In this document: positions 39,902 through 49,786 of the stretch, piece after piece
Layout of the letters: each line of letters opens with the position of its first letter
How positions within the stretch are numbered: position 1 is the first letter of the stretch
Source of the DNA: Nitrospirota bacterium
GTDB taxonomy: Bacteria; Nitrospirota; UBA9217
DNA: 64,000 bases
Direction: 5' to 3'
NCBI GenBank assembly: GCA_963790205.1
Contig: CAWBNQ010000003.1
Coordinates: 512,001 to 576,000, forward strand
The notes under the pieces: model-generated
Seen by the model: the letters and a program-made list of their open reading frames with translations, nothing else
What the model was told of the DNA's origin: nothing
The model's database searches: none
Translations under genes and position numbers: made by a program

Positions 39902-41203
39902 GATTCTTCCGGCTTTCCCGTGGGTAGAAATATGTGATAGGATGGTCGCCTGAGGAGGCGATCATGCAGGATACCGGACTTTATCAGCAATTGCTGGGAT
40001 TGAAGTCACCCTGGAGTGTCAGTCAAGTTGAACTGGATGTAAAGCAGCAGCGGGTAGATGTATGGGTGGAACATGAGAAGGACGCAGTATGGTCTTGTCC
40101 GGAATGCTCGAAGGAGTCGACGGTCTATGATCATGCCGAAGAGCGGTTATGGCGTCACCTTGACAGTTGCCAGTTCAAGACGTACTTGCATGCGCGTATT
40201 CCCCGCATAACGTGTGCAGAGCATGGGATTTTGCAGGTTCGGGTCCCTTGGGCGGAACCGAAGTCACGATTCACGGTTTTATTTGAGCGGTTGGCCATAG
40301 ATGTTCTTCGGGAGTGCGATATAACCGGGGCCACGAAGATCTTGCGGATAAGCTGGGACGAAGCATGGAACCTCATGGAACGCGCCGTAGAGCGCGGAAA
40401 GCTTCGGAAACAAGACCGCGTCGTTCCCCGGATCGGCGTCGATGAGAAAGCCATTGCCAAGGGTCATACATACCTGACGCTGGTAAGCGATATAGACGGA
40501 GGCACGGTAGAGCACATCGAGGATGACCGCAAACAGAGCAGTCTGGAGAGCTATTACAAGAGTCTGACGCCGGAGCAATTAGAAGGCCTCGAGGCGGTTG
40601 CAATGGACATGTGGGAGCCCTACCTTGAGGCGACGCGTGCCCATGTGCCTGGTGCCGAGAGCAAGATCGTTTTCGACCGGTTCCACATTATGGGCTACCT
40701 CGGGAAAGCGGTAGACACGGTACGAAAGCAGGAACATCGGCAGCGGATGAAAGAAGGTGACGAAACGCTCAAGGGGAGTAAGTACTTGTGGCTGTACAGC
40801 AAGGAGAACGTTCCGGAGAAACGCCGCAGGGAATTTGCCGCATTACAAAAGCTTGAGTTGAAGGTAGGACGCGCGTGGGCCATCAAGGAGACGTTTCGGA
40901 AGTTGTGGCATTACAACTATGCCGAGTCAGCGAGGAAATTCTGGAAGCGGTGGTATTTCTGGGCAACACACAGCAGGCTGAAGCCAATCATTGACGCAGC
41001 AGGAACGATCAAAAGACATATTGCTAACGTTCTGACTTATCTTCAGCACCGCATAACGAATGCGGTCAGCGAAGGGCTCAACAGCAAGATACAGACAATC
41101 AAAAAGATGGCCTACGGATTTCGGAACAAGGAACACTTCAAGACAGCAATTTACTTTCACTGCGGCGGGCTAGACATGTATCCATGCTAAACCCGGGAGA
41201 GCC
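39902..41203 (+). mobile_element. ISL3-family insertion sequence with 8-bp target duplication TCAAAATT
   Basis: TCAAAATT at 39894-39901 and 41204-41211; imperfect terminal IRs (15/23). Confidence 0.92.
39964..41190 (+). CDS. ISL3 family transposase
   Basis: 'LLGLKSPW', CPEC zinc finger, 'IGVDE', 'AMDMW', 'FDRFH', 'TNAVSEGLNSKIQ..K..AYGFRN'. Confidence 0.95.
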   Translation: MQDTGLYQQLLGLKSPWSVSQVELDVKQQRVDVWVEHEKDAVWSCPECSKESTVYDHAEERLWRHLDSCQFKTYLHARIPRITCAEHGILQVRVPWAEPKSRFTVLFERLAIDVLRECDITGATKILRISWDEAWNLMERAVERGKLRKQDRVVPRIGVDEKAIAKGHTYLTLVSDIDGGTVEHIEDDRKQSSLESYYKSLTPEQLEGLEAVAMDMWEPYLEATRAHVPGAESKIVFDRFHIMGYLGKAVDTVRKQEHRQRMKEGDETLKGSKYLWLYSKENVPEKRRREFAALQKLELKVGRAWAIKETFRKLWHYNYAESARKFWKRWYFWATHSRLKPIIDAAGTIKRHIANVLTYLQHRITNAVSEGLNSKIQTIKKMAYGFRNKEHFKTAIYFHCGGLDMYPC

Positions 41204-41370
41204 TCAAAATTAATGTTGCCCAAAGACATTGATCATTATAAACGGTCGTCATGTCCTGTTGTGGATTCCATGAAAAGATTCTTATGAGTAACGGTAATTT
41301 TACCGGAACAAACGAAGAGTATGTAAGGAAACGCAGACATCGCGAGAAGAAGAGAAAGTAACGTCCGGGA

Positions 41371-44300
41371 TTACCGCCCCCGTACCTCGGTCTCCACGGC
41401 CTTGTCCTTGCCATCCCTTGAGAAGGTTACCAAAACCTTGTCGCAGGGTTTCAAGGTCTTCAAGATATCGGAAAAGTCCTTGAGATTTGCGATTGCCGTC
41501 CTGTTTATCCTGATGATGATATCGCCCTTCTTCAAACCCGCGGCTTCGGCGGGCGACGCCGGCGCCACGCCGGAAAGCCTGACTCCTTTTCCCGCATACG
41601 CGAAATCGGGTATCGTCCCCAGACTGGCCTTGCGTTCGGTCATCGGCAGTGCCGATGACGGCTCGCCCGGCTTGAGCGTCGATGACAGCGGCCCTTCGCG
41701 GCTCGACAGATACTCGATGACTTCCCTGGTAACGGACGCGACCTTGACGAGCCCGGCGGGGTCGATCTTGTCCGCCGTGTCCGTCGGGCGGTGATAGTCG
41801 AGGTTCGGGCCGGAGAAGAGCTGCACCGCGGGTACGCCCGCTTCCTGAAAACTCTTCTGATCGCTCGAATCGAGCTCCTCCGAGACGGTCGCGATGTCCA
41901 CGCCGGTCACGAAGCCGGCCCCCCGGAAGATGCGCGCCCATTCCGTTGCCGAGCCCGCGCCCAGAATGAGGAGCTTGTTCTTTCCCAGTCTTCCGACCGT
42001 ATCGAGGTTCACCATGCCGATGCACTGAGAGACCGGGTAGCGTTTCTCGCTCTTCACGTACCAGGTCGAGCCGAGCTTGCCCTCCTCCTCCCCGGTGAAG
42101 GCGATGAATACGATGCTGCGGTCCGGGTCTGGATTTTCTTCTTTGAGCGCTTTTGCCAGCTCAAGCAGCACCGCCACGCCGCTTGCGTTGTCGTCCGCAC
42201 CGGGATGGATCTTGCCCCTGTCTTCCGGTCGTCCGATGGCCATGCCGAGCCCCAAATGGTCGTAGTGCGCGCCGACGACCACGCTTTCAGCCGCGAGTCC
42301 GGGTTTTTTGCCGGGCAGCACGGCGACGATGTTCGTCATTCTCATTTTGCCGCCGGGCCTTTCCCACCTTTGAAAGTAACCGTCATTGCCGCCGGGCGTG
42401 AGCCCGGCCTGTTTGAATTTTTCAGCGATGTATGCAGCGGCTTTATCTATCCCGGGAGATCCGAGCTCCCTGCCGTTCAACCTGTCGCTCGACAAGTATT
42501 GCACGGTCTCCATCATCCGCTCTCCGGAATAGACCGGGGGAAGAAAAGCCAACGCATCGCGGTGCGCGAGCTTTCCCCTCTCAACGCGGGACGCGGTCTT
42601 GTCCGGTCCCGGGAGGAAGGCGGTCATGGGAGAATCGACGACCTGCCATCTTCCCTCGGCAACGTTCACCGGCTCATCGCCTTCGAAAACAAGATAACTG
42701 TACTTGTGGTAATGCGGGAGCTTTCGCGCCAGGCCGGGCAGGGACCCGGGCCGGTCAACGGCGATGAACATCAGGGCCGAGTCCTTGTTCCCGGGGTTGC
42801 GCGCGGTCAGCACCACGGCATGATTCAATTTCGTGACCGCGGTTTTCCCGATCTTGAAGCCTGTCCGTGTGAGCGCGACCTCATAGCCGCTCCAGGCCGG
42901 GAGTGCCTTTTCGAGGAAACGGTTTTCCCATCCGAGAAGCGTCACGGCCCGGTCCGCGGGCAGCGCGTTCAGTTCGCTGTCGAGCCGGACCTGCACTTCA
43001 TCGGGCCCCGACCCTGAAAGAGCTTTTGCAAAGGCTTCGTATGCGTTGAGCGATTCCCGCGCGGCTGAAGCGGGAAGGACCACGAGCATCTTTTTGGCGC
43101 CCAGGGCCTGGCTTATGGCCGGCGGCAGCTCGTCCCGGTCGAGCCTCCGAAAGATGTCGAACTCGGGGTCAATGTCGATGCGGAGCGGGGGGCGGGGCAC
43201 GGCGAGGGTCAGAGAGAGCTTTTTACCGTTCATGTCCGCGACGGTCTGAAAAGCCCGCTCTTGACCTTCCATGGTCACGGCAACGGGGATGCGGAGATGG
43301 TACGCCGGGCCGGGCTGGACCTGATCGAGCTGAACGCTCACGACATAGCCTCCTCCGATCCTCTCCATCCTGGCATCGCCCAGGTGAAGCTGAGGCGCCC
43401 CGGTTCTCGTTACCCACTGGTTGAAGTCGAAGCTGAGGCTTTTCCCCGAGACCGTTTCGAAGCTTTTTTCAAGATCATCAAAGGTGGCAAGATGAAATTT
43501 GTTCTTTTGGTAGAAATCGCGGATCGCGGCGATAAAGGTCTTGTCGCCCAGCTCAAGCCGAAGCATGTGGAAGAACATGAGCACCTTGCCGTAGCCCACG
43601 GCCTCCGTTGACGGGCTGTGGCGCGACGTGAACTCCGTGAGCGGAAAGTCCCTGCCTCCCAGGACGTAATCGGCGTACTTCTGGAGCGTGGTCAGCCGGT
43701 AGTCCGCGCCCTTGCCCTGCTGCTCCTGCATGAGATGATCGGCAAGATACGCGGTGATCCCCTCGGACCAGTTGCCTTTCTCGTACACGGGATACACGCT
43801 GTTGCCCCACCAGTTGTGCAGGATCTCGTGGGGGTAGGAGGTATTGATGATGAAGGGAAGCCGGATGACCATGGGCCCCAAAAGCGTGAAGGACGGCATG
43901 CCGAAACCGGTTTCCCAGAAGTTCTCGACCAGGGCGAACTTCTTATAGGGATAAGGGCCGATGAGCTTGTCGTACATGGCGATATAGCGGACCGTGGCGT
44001 CGAGGTACCTGTTTGCCAGGCCGTCATCGGGAGTACGGAGGAACACCATGGCCGTGAGATTGCCAGATTTTTTTTCGTATGACCTGAATCGGGAAGCGAT
44101 CAGATAGATCTCTTCCTGGGGTTCAGGCGAGTCCCAGCGGACGTTGGTTAAGGTCCTGGTCTTCTTGTACAGCGCGCGGTTTCCCTGGCTTACACAGTCC
44201 CATCGGGCGGGCAGCTCTGCGGTAAGCGTGAAGGTCACGAAGTCCGTTTCAAACCGGGGATACCAGGCGGAGCTTCCGGCAAGATAAACGATGTCCTCGG

Positions 44301-44760
44301 TGATGGTCCCGGCGGTCTGGCCGAACCCCCGCGCCTGCTCTTTGCCGACCGGCTCTACGGGATGATAAATTGTTCCGGCGTACCGGATCGAGAAGGTACT
44401 GACGCCTGCCGGAAGCGTCACGACAAACGCTTCCAGGGGGACGGGACCCTGCAGGGCGGTTTCTTTCCTGATGCGCACCTCCGGGTCAAGCGGGGATGGT
44501 TTCAGTCCCGCGTGAAGCAGGAATCGTACATTCTCCTGATCAGGAGGGACGGTGATGGTGTCCGTCGCAGTCAGGCGATGCTCTGCGGGAGAGATGCTCA
44601 CCGTGAGGTCGTGGCGGATGGGTTCGGATGCGAGAAGCAAGGCGGGGATGAACATGACGACGATCAGAATGCAAAGTATGAAAAAAATGCGCCCTTGGCT
44701 GATCGTCATACCCGATAGGGCAGGAATCCGGTTTTTGTCGTTATCTGCAAAGGTCTTCAT
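41371..44760 (-). CDS. Multi-domain peptidase: M1-like + M28 aminopeptidase + PDZ (start uncertain)
   Basis: HEILHNWWG...EG (M1), 'GAHYDHLG', 'GADDNASG', 'GEEEG', 'YH..TD' (M28), C-terminal PDZ. Confidence 0.9.
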   Translation of the reverse strand: MKTFADNDKNRIPALSGMTISQGRIFFILCILIVVMFIPALLLASEPIRHDLTVSISPAEHRLTATDTITVPPDQENVRFLLHAGLKPSPLDPEVRIRKETALQGPVPLEAFVVTLPAGVSTFSIRYAGTIYHPVEPVGKEQARGFGQTAGTITEDIVYLAGSSAWYPRFETDFVTFTLTAELPARWDCVSQGNRALYKKTRTLTNVRWDSPEPQEEIYLIASRFRSYEKKSGNLTAMVFLRTPDDGLANRYLDATVRYIAMYDKLIGPYPYKKFALVENFWETGFGMPSFTLLGPMVIRLPFIINTSYPHEILHNWWGNSVYPVYEKGNWSEGITAYLADHLMQEQQGKGADYRLTTLQKYADYVLGGRDFPLTEFTSRHSPSTEAVGYGKVLMFFHMLRLELGDKTFIAAIRDFYQKNKFHLATFDDLEKSFETVSGKSLSFDFNQWVTRTGAPQLHLGDARMERIGGGYVVSVQLDQVQPGPAYHLRIPVAVTMEGQERAFQTVADMNGKKLSLTLAVPRPPLRIDIDPEFDIFRRLDRDELPPAISQALGAKKMLVVLPASAARESLNAYEAFAKALSGSGPDEVQVRLDSELNALPADRAVTLLGWENRFLEKALPAWSGYEVALTRTGFKIGKTAVTKLNHAVVLTARNPGNKDSALMFIAVDRPGSLPGLARKLPHYHKYSYLVFEGDEPVNVAEGRWQVVDSPMTAFLPGPDKTASRVERGKLAHRDALAFLPPVYSGERMMETVQYLSSDRLNGRELGSPGIDKAAAYIAEKFKQAGLTPGGNDGYFQRWERPGGKMRMTNIVAVLPGKKPGLAAESVVVGAHYDHLGLGMAIGRPEDRGKIHPGADDNASGVAVLLELAKALKEENPDPDRSIVFIAFTGEEEGKLGSTWYVKSEKRYPVSQCIGMVNLDTVGRLGKNKLLILGAGSATEWARIFRGAGFVTGVDIATVSEELDSSDQKSFQEAGVPAVQLFSGPNLDYHRPTDTADKIDPAGLVKVASVTREVIEYLSSREGPLSSTLKPGEPSSALPMTERKASLGTIPDFAYAGKGVRLSGVAPASPAEAAGLKKGDIIIRINRTAIANLKDFSDILKTLKPCDKVLVTFSRDGKDKAVETEVRGR

Positions 44761-44992
44761 AATTAGTTTTTCACTCCCCTTTGGTTGTTGGACAGTTTTC
44801 TTTTCCGATATCCTCTCCCCGCAAGAAGAGGGCGGGTGAAGGGTTCTCACTGCGACGCGCACGGCATAATTATAACACAATGGAATATCCTGTTGACACG
44901 CCATGGGACTCTTTCTATACTCGGGGAAACAGGGCCGTCACCACGGGATGCAGAAGGAATCCGTAAATTATAAATAGTAGGGGAGGCAGGTC

Positions 44993-45445
44993 ATGAAAAG
45001 AATCGTTTTCGCAGTTGCTGTTGTGTTCCTCGTCGGCGCGCTTCCGGGCGTCGCCCGCGCCGATCTGGACGGCTTTCTTCAGAAGTTGAACGTGCAGGCC
45101 GGGGCCGATATGGGCAAGTACAGCGTCCAGCTGGCAGCGCAGTTCGGCGTGCCGCAGGCGCAGGTCACCGCCATCATCAGGAGAGTTGATTCCCCGGCCG
45201 ACGCCTTCATGTGCCTTCAGCTGGGCCGGATGACGAGGAAGGATCCCGAGAGCGTGGTGCAGATGTATCAGGGCAACAAGGGAAAGGGATGGGGCGCTAT
45301 CGCCAGGGAAATGGGCATCAAGCCGGGTTCGCCCGAATTCCACGCCCTCAAGCGCGGTGATTTCGCCTTGACCGGCCAGCCGGGAGGCGGCGCTGAGCAT
45401 GGACATGGAAAAGGCAGGGGCAGGGGGAGAGGTCGCGAAGATTAA
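44993..45445 (+). CDS. Secreted hypothetical protein
   Basis: Signal peptide (ARA), 'GKGWGAIAREMGIKPGS', G/R-rich tail, GGAGG RBS. Confidence 0.8.
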   Translation: MKRIVFAVAVVFLVGALPGVARADLDGFLQKLNVQAGADMGKYSVQLAAQFGVPQAQVTAIIRRVDSPADAFMCLQLGRMTRKDPESVVQMYQGNKGKGWGAIAREMGIKPGSPEFHALKRGDFALTGQPGGGAEHGHGKGRGRGRGRED

Positions 45446-45643
45446 TCCGAGTTTCCGCGACGGGAAGTCCCCCTCTCCCTATGAGGAGAGGGGGTGAAAC
45501 AGGGACCGAGTGGAAGCCGGGACAAGGCCTGTGCCGAAATCGGGTTGTCAGCGGTCTCAAAAATGTGCGGATATTATTTTGGATCCAGGCCAGCGGGCAA
45601 ATGCCGCCTGACATCATGCCGGTCTTTTTTGCGTGATCCTCGT

Positions 45644-45672
45644 GCCCCCCCCCGATGAAGCCGGGGGGGGGC
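45644..45672. terminator. Probable terminator between convergent genes
   Basis: G-C-run / G-run-C stem followed by TTATTTTTT. Confidence 0.55.
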
Positions 45673-45685
45673 TTATTTTTTCATA

Positions 45686-47644
45686 TTAAATCGTCTTCGT
45701 TGCCTCGTTCGAGAAGCCGCTTTCATTGCCGGAGCTGTCGTAGGCCGTCACGACAAAATAGTAGGTACCCGGCGCGAGATTACTGACAACGTATGTCGTG
45801 ACATTTCCGACATTCACCACCGTAGTATAATTCCCCGATGATGTTCCCATGTAAACCTTGTAACCCGCCAGATCGGTCAGGGCTGTTCCATCGGTATTGG
45901 TCGTCGGGGCGTTCCATGACAAGGTTGCCGACCCTGTTGTGATCGCCGTAACGGTGAGTGCGGCAGTTGCCGAAACGCCACCCGAGGTCGCCGTGATCGT
46001 CGCAGTCCCGGCGGCCACCGCTGTTGCAAGGCCGTAAGAGCCTGCCGCGTTGCTGATCGTAGCCGCAGCTGTGTTGGACGAGCTCCAGGTCGAGGCTGCG
46101 GTCAGGTCCTGCGTAGTGCTATCCGAAAATGTTCCCGTGGCCTTGAACTGCTGGTTCGCCCCCTGGGCTATGCTTGCCGTGGCTGGAGTGACCGCAATCG
46201 ATACGAGCGTTGCCGGGGTCACGGTGAGGGTGGTCGATCTCGTTATGCTTCCCGACGCTGCCATGATCGTTGTTGAGCCTGTCGAGACCGAGGTGGCCAA
46301 TCCATTGCTGCCCGCAGCATTGCTGATGGTTGCAACGGCCGTGGAGGATGAGCTCCAGGTCACGGCTGCCGTCACGTTCTGCGTCGTGCCGTCCGAGTAA
46401 GTACCTGTGGCTGAGAATTGTTTGGTCGTCCCCTTGGCGACGCTCGGATTGATCGGGGAGACCGCAATGGACACGAGTGTCGCAGCAGTCACGGTCAGAG
46501 CGGTCGATCCTGATATACTTCCCGACGCTGCCGTGATCGTTGATGTGCCTGTGGCCAATGAGGTGGCAAATCCATTGCTGCCCGCGGCATTACTGATGGC
46601 CGCAACGGCAGTACTGGAAGAGCTCCAGGCCGCCACTGTCGTCAGGTTCTGTGTCGTACCGTCCGTGTAAGTACCTGTGGCCGAGAATTGTTTGGTCGTC
46701 CCCTTGGCTATGCTGGGATTGGTCGGGGAGACCGCAATGGACACGAGCGTCGCAGCAGTCACGGTCAGAGTGGTCGAACCCCCTATGCTTCCCAATGCGG
46801 CTGTGATCGTTGCCGATCCCGCGGCTACCGAGGTCGCCAACCCCTTGGAGCCGGCCGTATTGCTGATGGTTGCCGCTCCGGAATTGGATGAACCCCAGGT
46901 CACCGCTGTTGTCAGGTCCTGCGTCGTATTGTCCGAGTAAACTCCGGTTGCCTTGAATTGTATGGCTGTCCCGGCGGCGATGCCCGGATTGGTCGGGGTG
47001 ACCTGGATGGACACGAGCGTAGCCGGGGTCACCGAGAGCGTGGTTGATCCGGCGATACTTCCCGATGTGGCCGTGATCGTCGTCGATCCCGAGGCCACTG
47101 CGGTGGCCAAGCCATTACTGACGGTCGCCACTCCCGTATTGGATGAACTCCAGGTAACCGATGGGGTCAAATCCTGCGTCGTATTGTCTGTGAACGTTCC
47201 CGTTGCCGTGAATTGCTGTGCCGTCCCTTTGGCGATGCCGGGGTTGGTCGGGGTGACCGCAATGGACACGAGTGTTGCCGGGGTCACCGAGAGCGTGGTC
47301 GATCCCGATGTGCTTCCCGACGAGGCCGCGATCGTAGCCTTGCCGACAGCCTTGCCTGTTACATACCCCGCCTTGTTATCGACAGCTGCGACAGTCGTAT
47401 CGGATGAAGTCCAGGCTACTGATGCTGTGACGTCTTGTGTCGTGTTGTCCGAGTAGATGCCGGTCGCTATGAATTGTTGACCCGTACTTGCCGCTATCGC
47501 GGGGGAAGCAGGCGTTACCGAAATAGCTGTCAGTTGGGCTCCGCTGGAGGAAGCAACGCTGCTGACTCCGCCGGCCCCGCATCCTGCCAGGCCCGCAACA
47601 AATAACGATGCCAAAAGAATGAAGCAAGTTTTATTTCTCAGCAT
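45686..47644 (-). CDS. Lipoprotein with six Big_2 (Ig-like) repeats and a C-terminal FN3 domain
   Basis: Lipobox LAGC; six ~90-aa 'LVSIAV.P..P.IA.G...QF.ATG.Y.D.TTQD.T..V.WSSS' repeats; 'LAGYKVY.G', 'YYFVVTAYD..GNES..SNE'. Confidence 0.9.
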   Translation of the reverse strand: MLRNKTCFILLASLFVAGLAGCGAGGVSSVASSSGAQLTAISVTPASPAIAASTGQQFIATGIYSDNTTQDVTASVAWTSSDTTVAAVDNKAGYVTGKAVGKATIAASSGSTSGSTTLSVTPATLVSIAVTPTNPGIAKGTAQQFTATGTFTDNTTQDLTPSVTWSSSNTGVATVSNGLATAVASGSTTITATSGSIAGSTTLSVTPATLVSIQVTPTNPGIAAGTAIQFKATGVYSDNTTQDLTTAVTWGSSNSGAATISNTAGSKGLATSVAAGSATITAALGSIGGSTTLTVTAATLVSIAVSPTNPSIAKGTTKQFSATGTYTDGTTQNLTTVAAWSSSSTAVAAISNAAGSNGFATSLATGTSTITAASGSISGSTALTVTAATLVSIAVSPINPSVAKGTTKQFSATGTYSDGTTQNVTAAVTWSSSSTAVATISNAAGSNGLATSVSTGSTTIMAASGSITRSTTLTVTPATLVSIAVTPATASIAQGANQQFKATGTFSDSTTQDLTAASTWSSSNTAAATISNAAGSYGLATAVAAGTATITATSGGVSATAALTVTAITTGSATLSWNAPTTNTDGTALTDLAGYKVYMGTSSGNYTTVVNVGNVTTYVVSNLAPGTYYFVVTAYDSSGNESGFSNEATKTI

Positions 47645-47674
47645 TTAGTATTCCCTCCCTTTGTGGACAAAAAT

Positions 47675-47700
47675 AGCCGCCGGAAATATCTCCGGCGGCT
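47675..47700 (-). terminator. Riboswitch expression-platform terminator
   Basis: Minus strand AGCCGCCGGAG-ATAT-TTCCGGCGGCT followed by ATTTTT; overlaps the 3' end of the aptamer. Confidence 0.8.
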
Positions 47701-47776
47701 CGGCGGACATTGAATTCATGATTCGTTAGTCCCGTTGCTCTGCGTCCCAGGGTTTCCCCTGGTTTGCTCTGAGACA
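47688..47776 (-). promoter_or_regulatory. GEMM-I (c-di-GMP-I class) riboswitch, A20 variant
   Basis: Minus strand CTCAGAGCAAACCAGGGGAAACCCTGGGACGCAGAGCAACGGGACTAA...ATGTCCGCCGAGCCGCCGGAG: GCAAAC..GAAA..GGGACGC P2 and CTAA receptor in P3; in the 5' leader of the Ig-repeat gene. Confidence 0.88.
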
Positions 47777-47880
47777 GAGGAAGAATTAAAACGGCAGTAA
47801 CTGCCTAATTATTTGAAAAGATCGTGTGAGACTTTCGTATCGCGCTTGAAACAATATTACGGAGGTATAGGGGAAAAGTA

Positions 47881-47920
47881 TGTGATTCTGATTACATAGT
47901 ACTTTGTGATTCAAGTCACA
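47881..47920. promoter_or_regulatory. Tandem CRP-family boxes
   Basis: TGTGA-TTCTGA-TTACA (47881-47896) and a perfect TGTGA-TTCAAG-TCACA (47905-47920). Confidence 0.65.
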
Positions 47921-48170
47921 CGAATAAAGTGGCGGGCCTTTGCCGGTCATTCGGGTTGGTCATGTGCCGGGATAGAGGAGATTGCTGCTCGTCGAAATTT
48001 CAAGGGAGATGCCGACAGGAAGGACAGGCAATAATGTGTATTGCCTGGCAACGGGAAATGGCGTATTCAAGCAGCATCGTGTTCTTCGGGCCGTACCATG
48101 TGATTATCGGCGTGATTATCGGCCCGAAAGCGGCGTGATATGCTTGCGGGGGGGGGGGGGATAGGTGAAA

Positions 48171-48662
48171 TCAGTCGTGCGTCGCAACGGGCTTCAAGGC
48201 GTCGCCGCTGAACCGTTCGACGATCTCCAGCCGTTCGATGCCTCGTTCATCGAACTCTTCGGCATACCGCTCCTCGAAGGGGTCTACGAAGGCGTGGCGG
48301 TCCTCATGGCCCAGCAGGTCCAGTTTTTCATAGCCGCCAGCCTGACGGGCCGCGTCCCGCTCCGCAAACCGGACGATCAGTTCGTCCCAGAACGAAAGGT
48401 CGACGAACTCGTCGATGAATTCCAGGGAACGGGAGGTTTCTTCAAGCATCTTTGTCGGACGGTATTTCCCTCCCGCGGGGTCATACTCGATCAGGTCTCC
48501 GCGGCCTATTTCACGGGCGAGGGCGTAGAATTTCTGGATGATCACTTCCAACTTTTCAACGTGCGGGTCTACCTTGGTCTTGTGGGAGACGAGGACCCAG
48601 CTCGCGATGTGGAGTAGGTCGAGCAAATCGACATACTCTTCTTTCGTGATATCAATCTTCAT
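48171..48662 (-). CDS. Hypothetical acidic protein
   Basis: 163 aa ORF, AAAGGA RBS. Confidence 0.75.
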   Translation of the reverse strand: MKIDITKEEYVDLLDLLHIASWVLVSHKTKVDPHVEKLEVIIQKFYALAREIGRGDLIEYDPAGGKYRPTKMLEETSRSLEFIDEFVDLSFWDELIVRFAERDAARQAGGYEKLDLLGHEDRHAFVDPFEERYAEEFDERGIERLEIVERFSGDALKPVATHD

Positions 48663-48775
48663 GTATTCCTTTCGCTGTGGTTTCCATATCGGCTCAAACA
48701 GTCAGTTTAAACGGTTTGAACCGTTCAAACGGCTGAAGCAGCGTGTCCCTCCGCGGTTACAACCCTTCTGCCGGA

Positions 48776-49178
48776 TCACTCAACCCAGTCCGCGATGAAG
48801 ATGTCCGTCTTGTGCGGCTTTTGCGGGTTGCGGTTCGAGGCCCAGGCCAGTTTTTTCCCATCCGGCGAGAACATGGGGAAGCTGTCGAAGACGTTGTTAT
48901 AGGTCAGCCGCGTAAGATTCGTGCCGTCCTCGTTGATCAGGTAGAGCCCGAAGTTGTGGCCGTAGGCCTTGATGTCCGGTCGCCAGTCGTCCCTGTTGCT
49001 TGCTAAGATGATCCGTTTCCCGTCCGGCGAGAACCACGGGCCGCCGTTATAGCCCATGCGGTCGGTCAAGCGCCGCACGTTCGACCCGTCGGCATTCATG
49101 ATATAGACATCGAAATTCCCCTCGCGCTGCGACCCGAACACGATCTGCTTCCCGTCGGCAGAGACGAACGAAGGTTCG
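48776..49178 (-). pseudogene. C-terminal half of a TolB-like (PD40) beta-propeller protein
   Basis: 'VSADGKQIVFGSQREGNFDVYIMNADGS', 'FSPDGK' x2, ends DIFIADWVE. Confidence 0.8.
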
Positions 49179-49302
49179 CATAGGCATCTGCAGGGAGCTC
49201 GATTCTCAAGGAAAAAAAATCGTATTCGCTCGCATTCCCCGCAAAAGACTGCGGGCAATGTGCTTACTCCAGAATTCGTTATCTCACGGGGGTATCAAAT
49301 CA

Positions 49303-49786
49303 ATGAAAAACGCGCTCTCTGTTCTCTTCATGATTTTTCTCATCTCAGGATGCCCCGGCAAGCATTCGGGAACCGGCCATACTGGCGGAGCCGGCATCGA
49401 GCGCCATTTGAAGAACGTGACCCAACTCACCTTCGACAGCGACAACGGAGAGGCATACTTCTCCTGGGACGGAAGGAAGCTCATCTGGCAATCCAGCCGG
49501 GCGGATACGCCTGCGACAAGATCTGGACCATGAACATCGACGGCTCTGACAAGCGCATGGTAAGCCCCGACCACGGCGCGCAGACGTGCTCCTTCTTCTT
49601 CCCGGGGGACCAGAGGATCGTCTTCGCTTCGACAAGCCACTTTCCCGGCGACTGCCCGCCGAAGTCGAAGACGCCCGCGGGCGTGCGCTACGTTTGGCCG
49701 CTCTACCCCTACAATATTTTCACGGCAAAGGTTGACGGCTCCGATCTCAAAAGGATCACCGACAATCCGAAGTACGACGCCGAACC
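49303..49786 (+). pseudogene. N-terminal half of the same TolB-like lipoprotein (inverted; frameshift near 49500)
   Basis: Lipobox ISGC, 'QLTFDSDNGEAYFSWDG', then in another frame 'CDKIWTMNIDGS...TCSFF...TDNPKYDAEP'. Confidence 0.8.

Noticed and set aside
45950..47540. Ig-repeat DNA repeats as a diversity-generating retroelement template/variable pair
   Set aside because: The repeats are in-frame domain duplications, differences are not adenine-specific, and there is no reverse transcriptase in the window.
48147..48160. Poly-G tract as a phase-variation switch
   Set aside because: It lies downstream of a stop codon in intergenic DNA, with no evident promoter or ORF to modulate.
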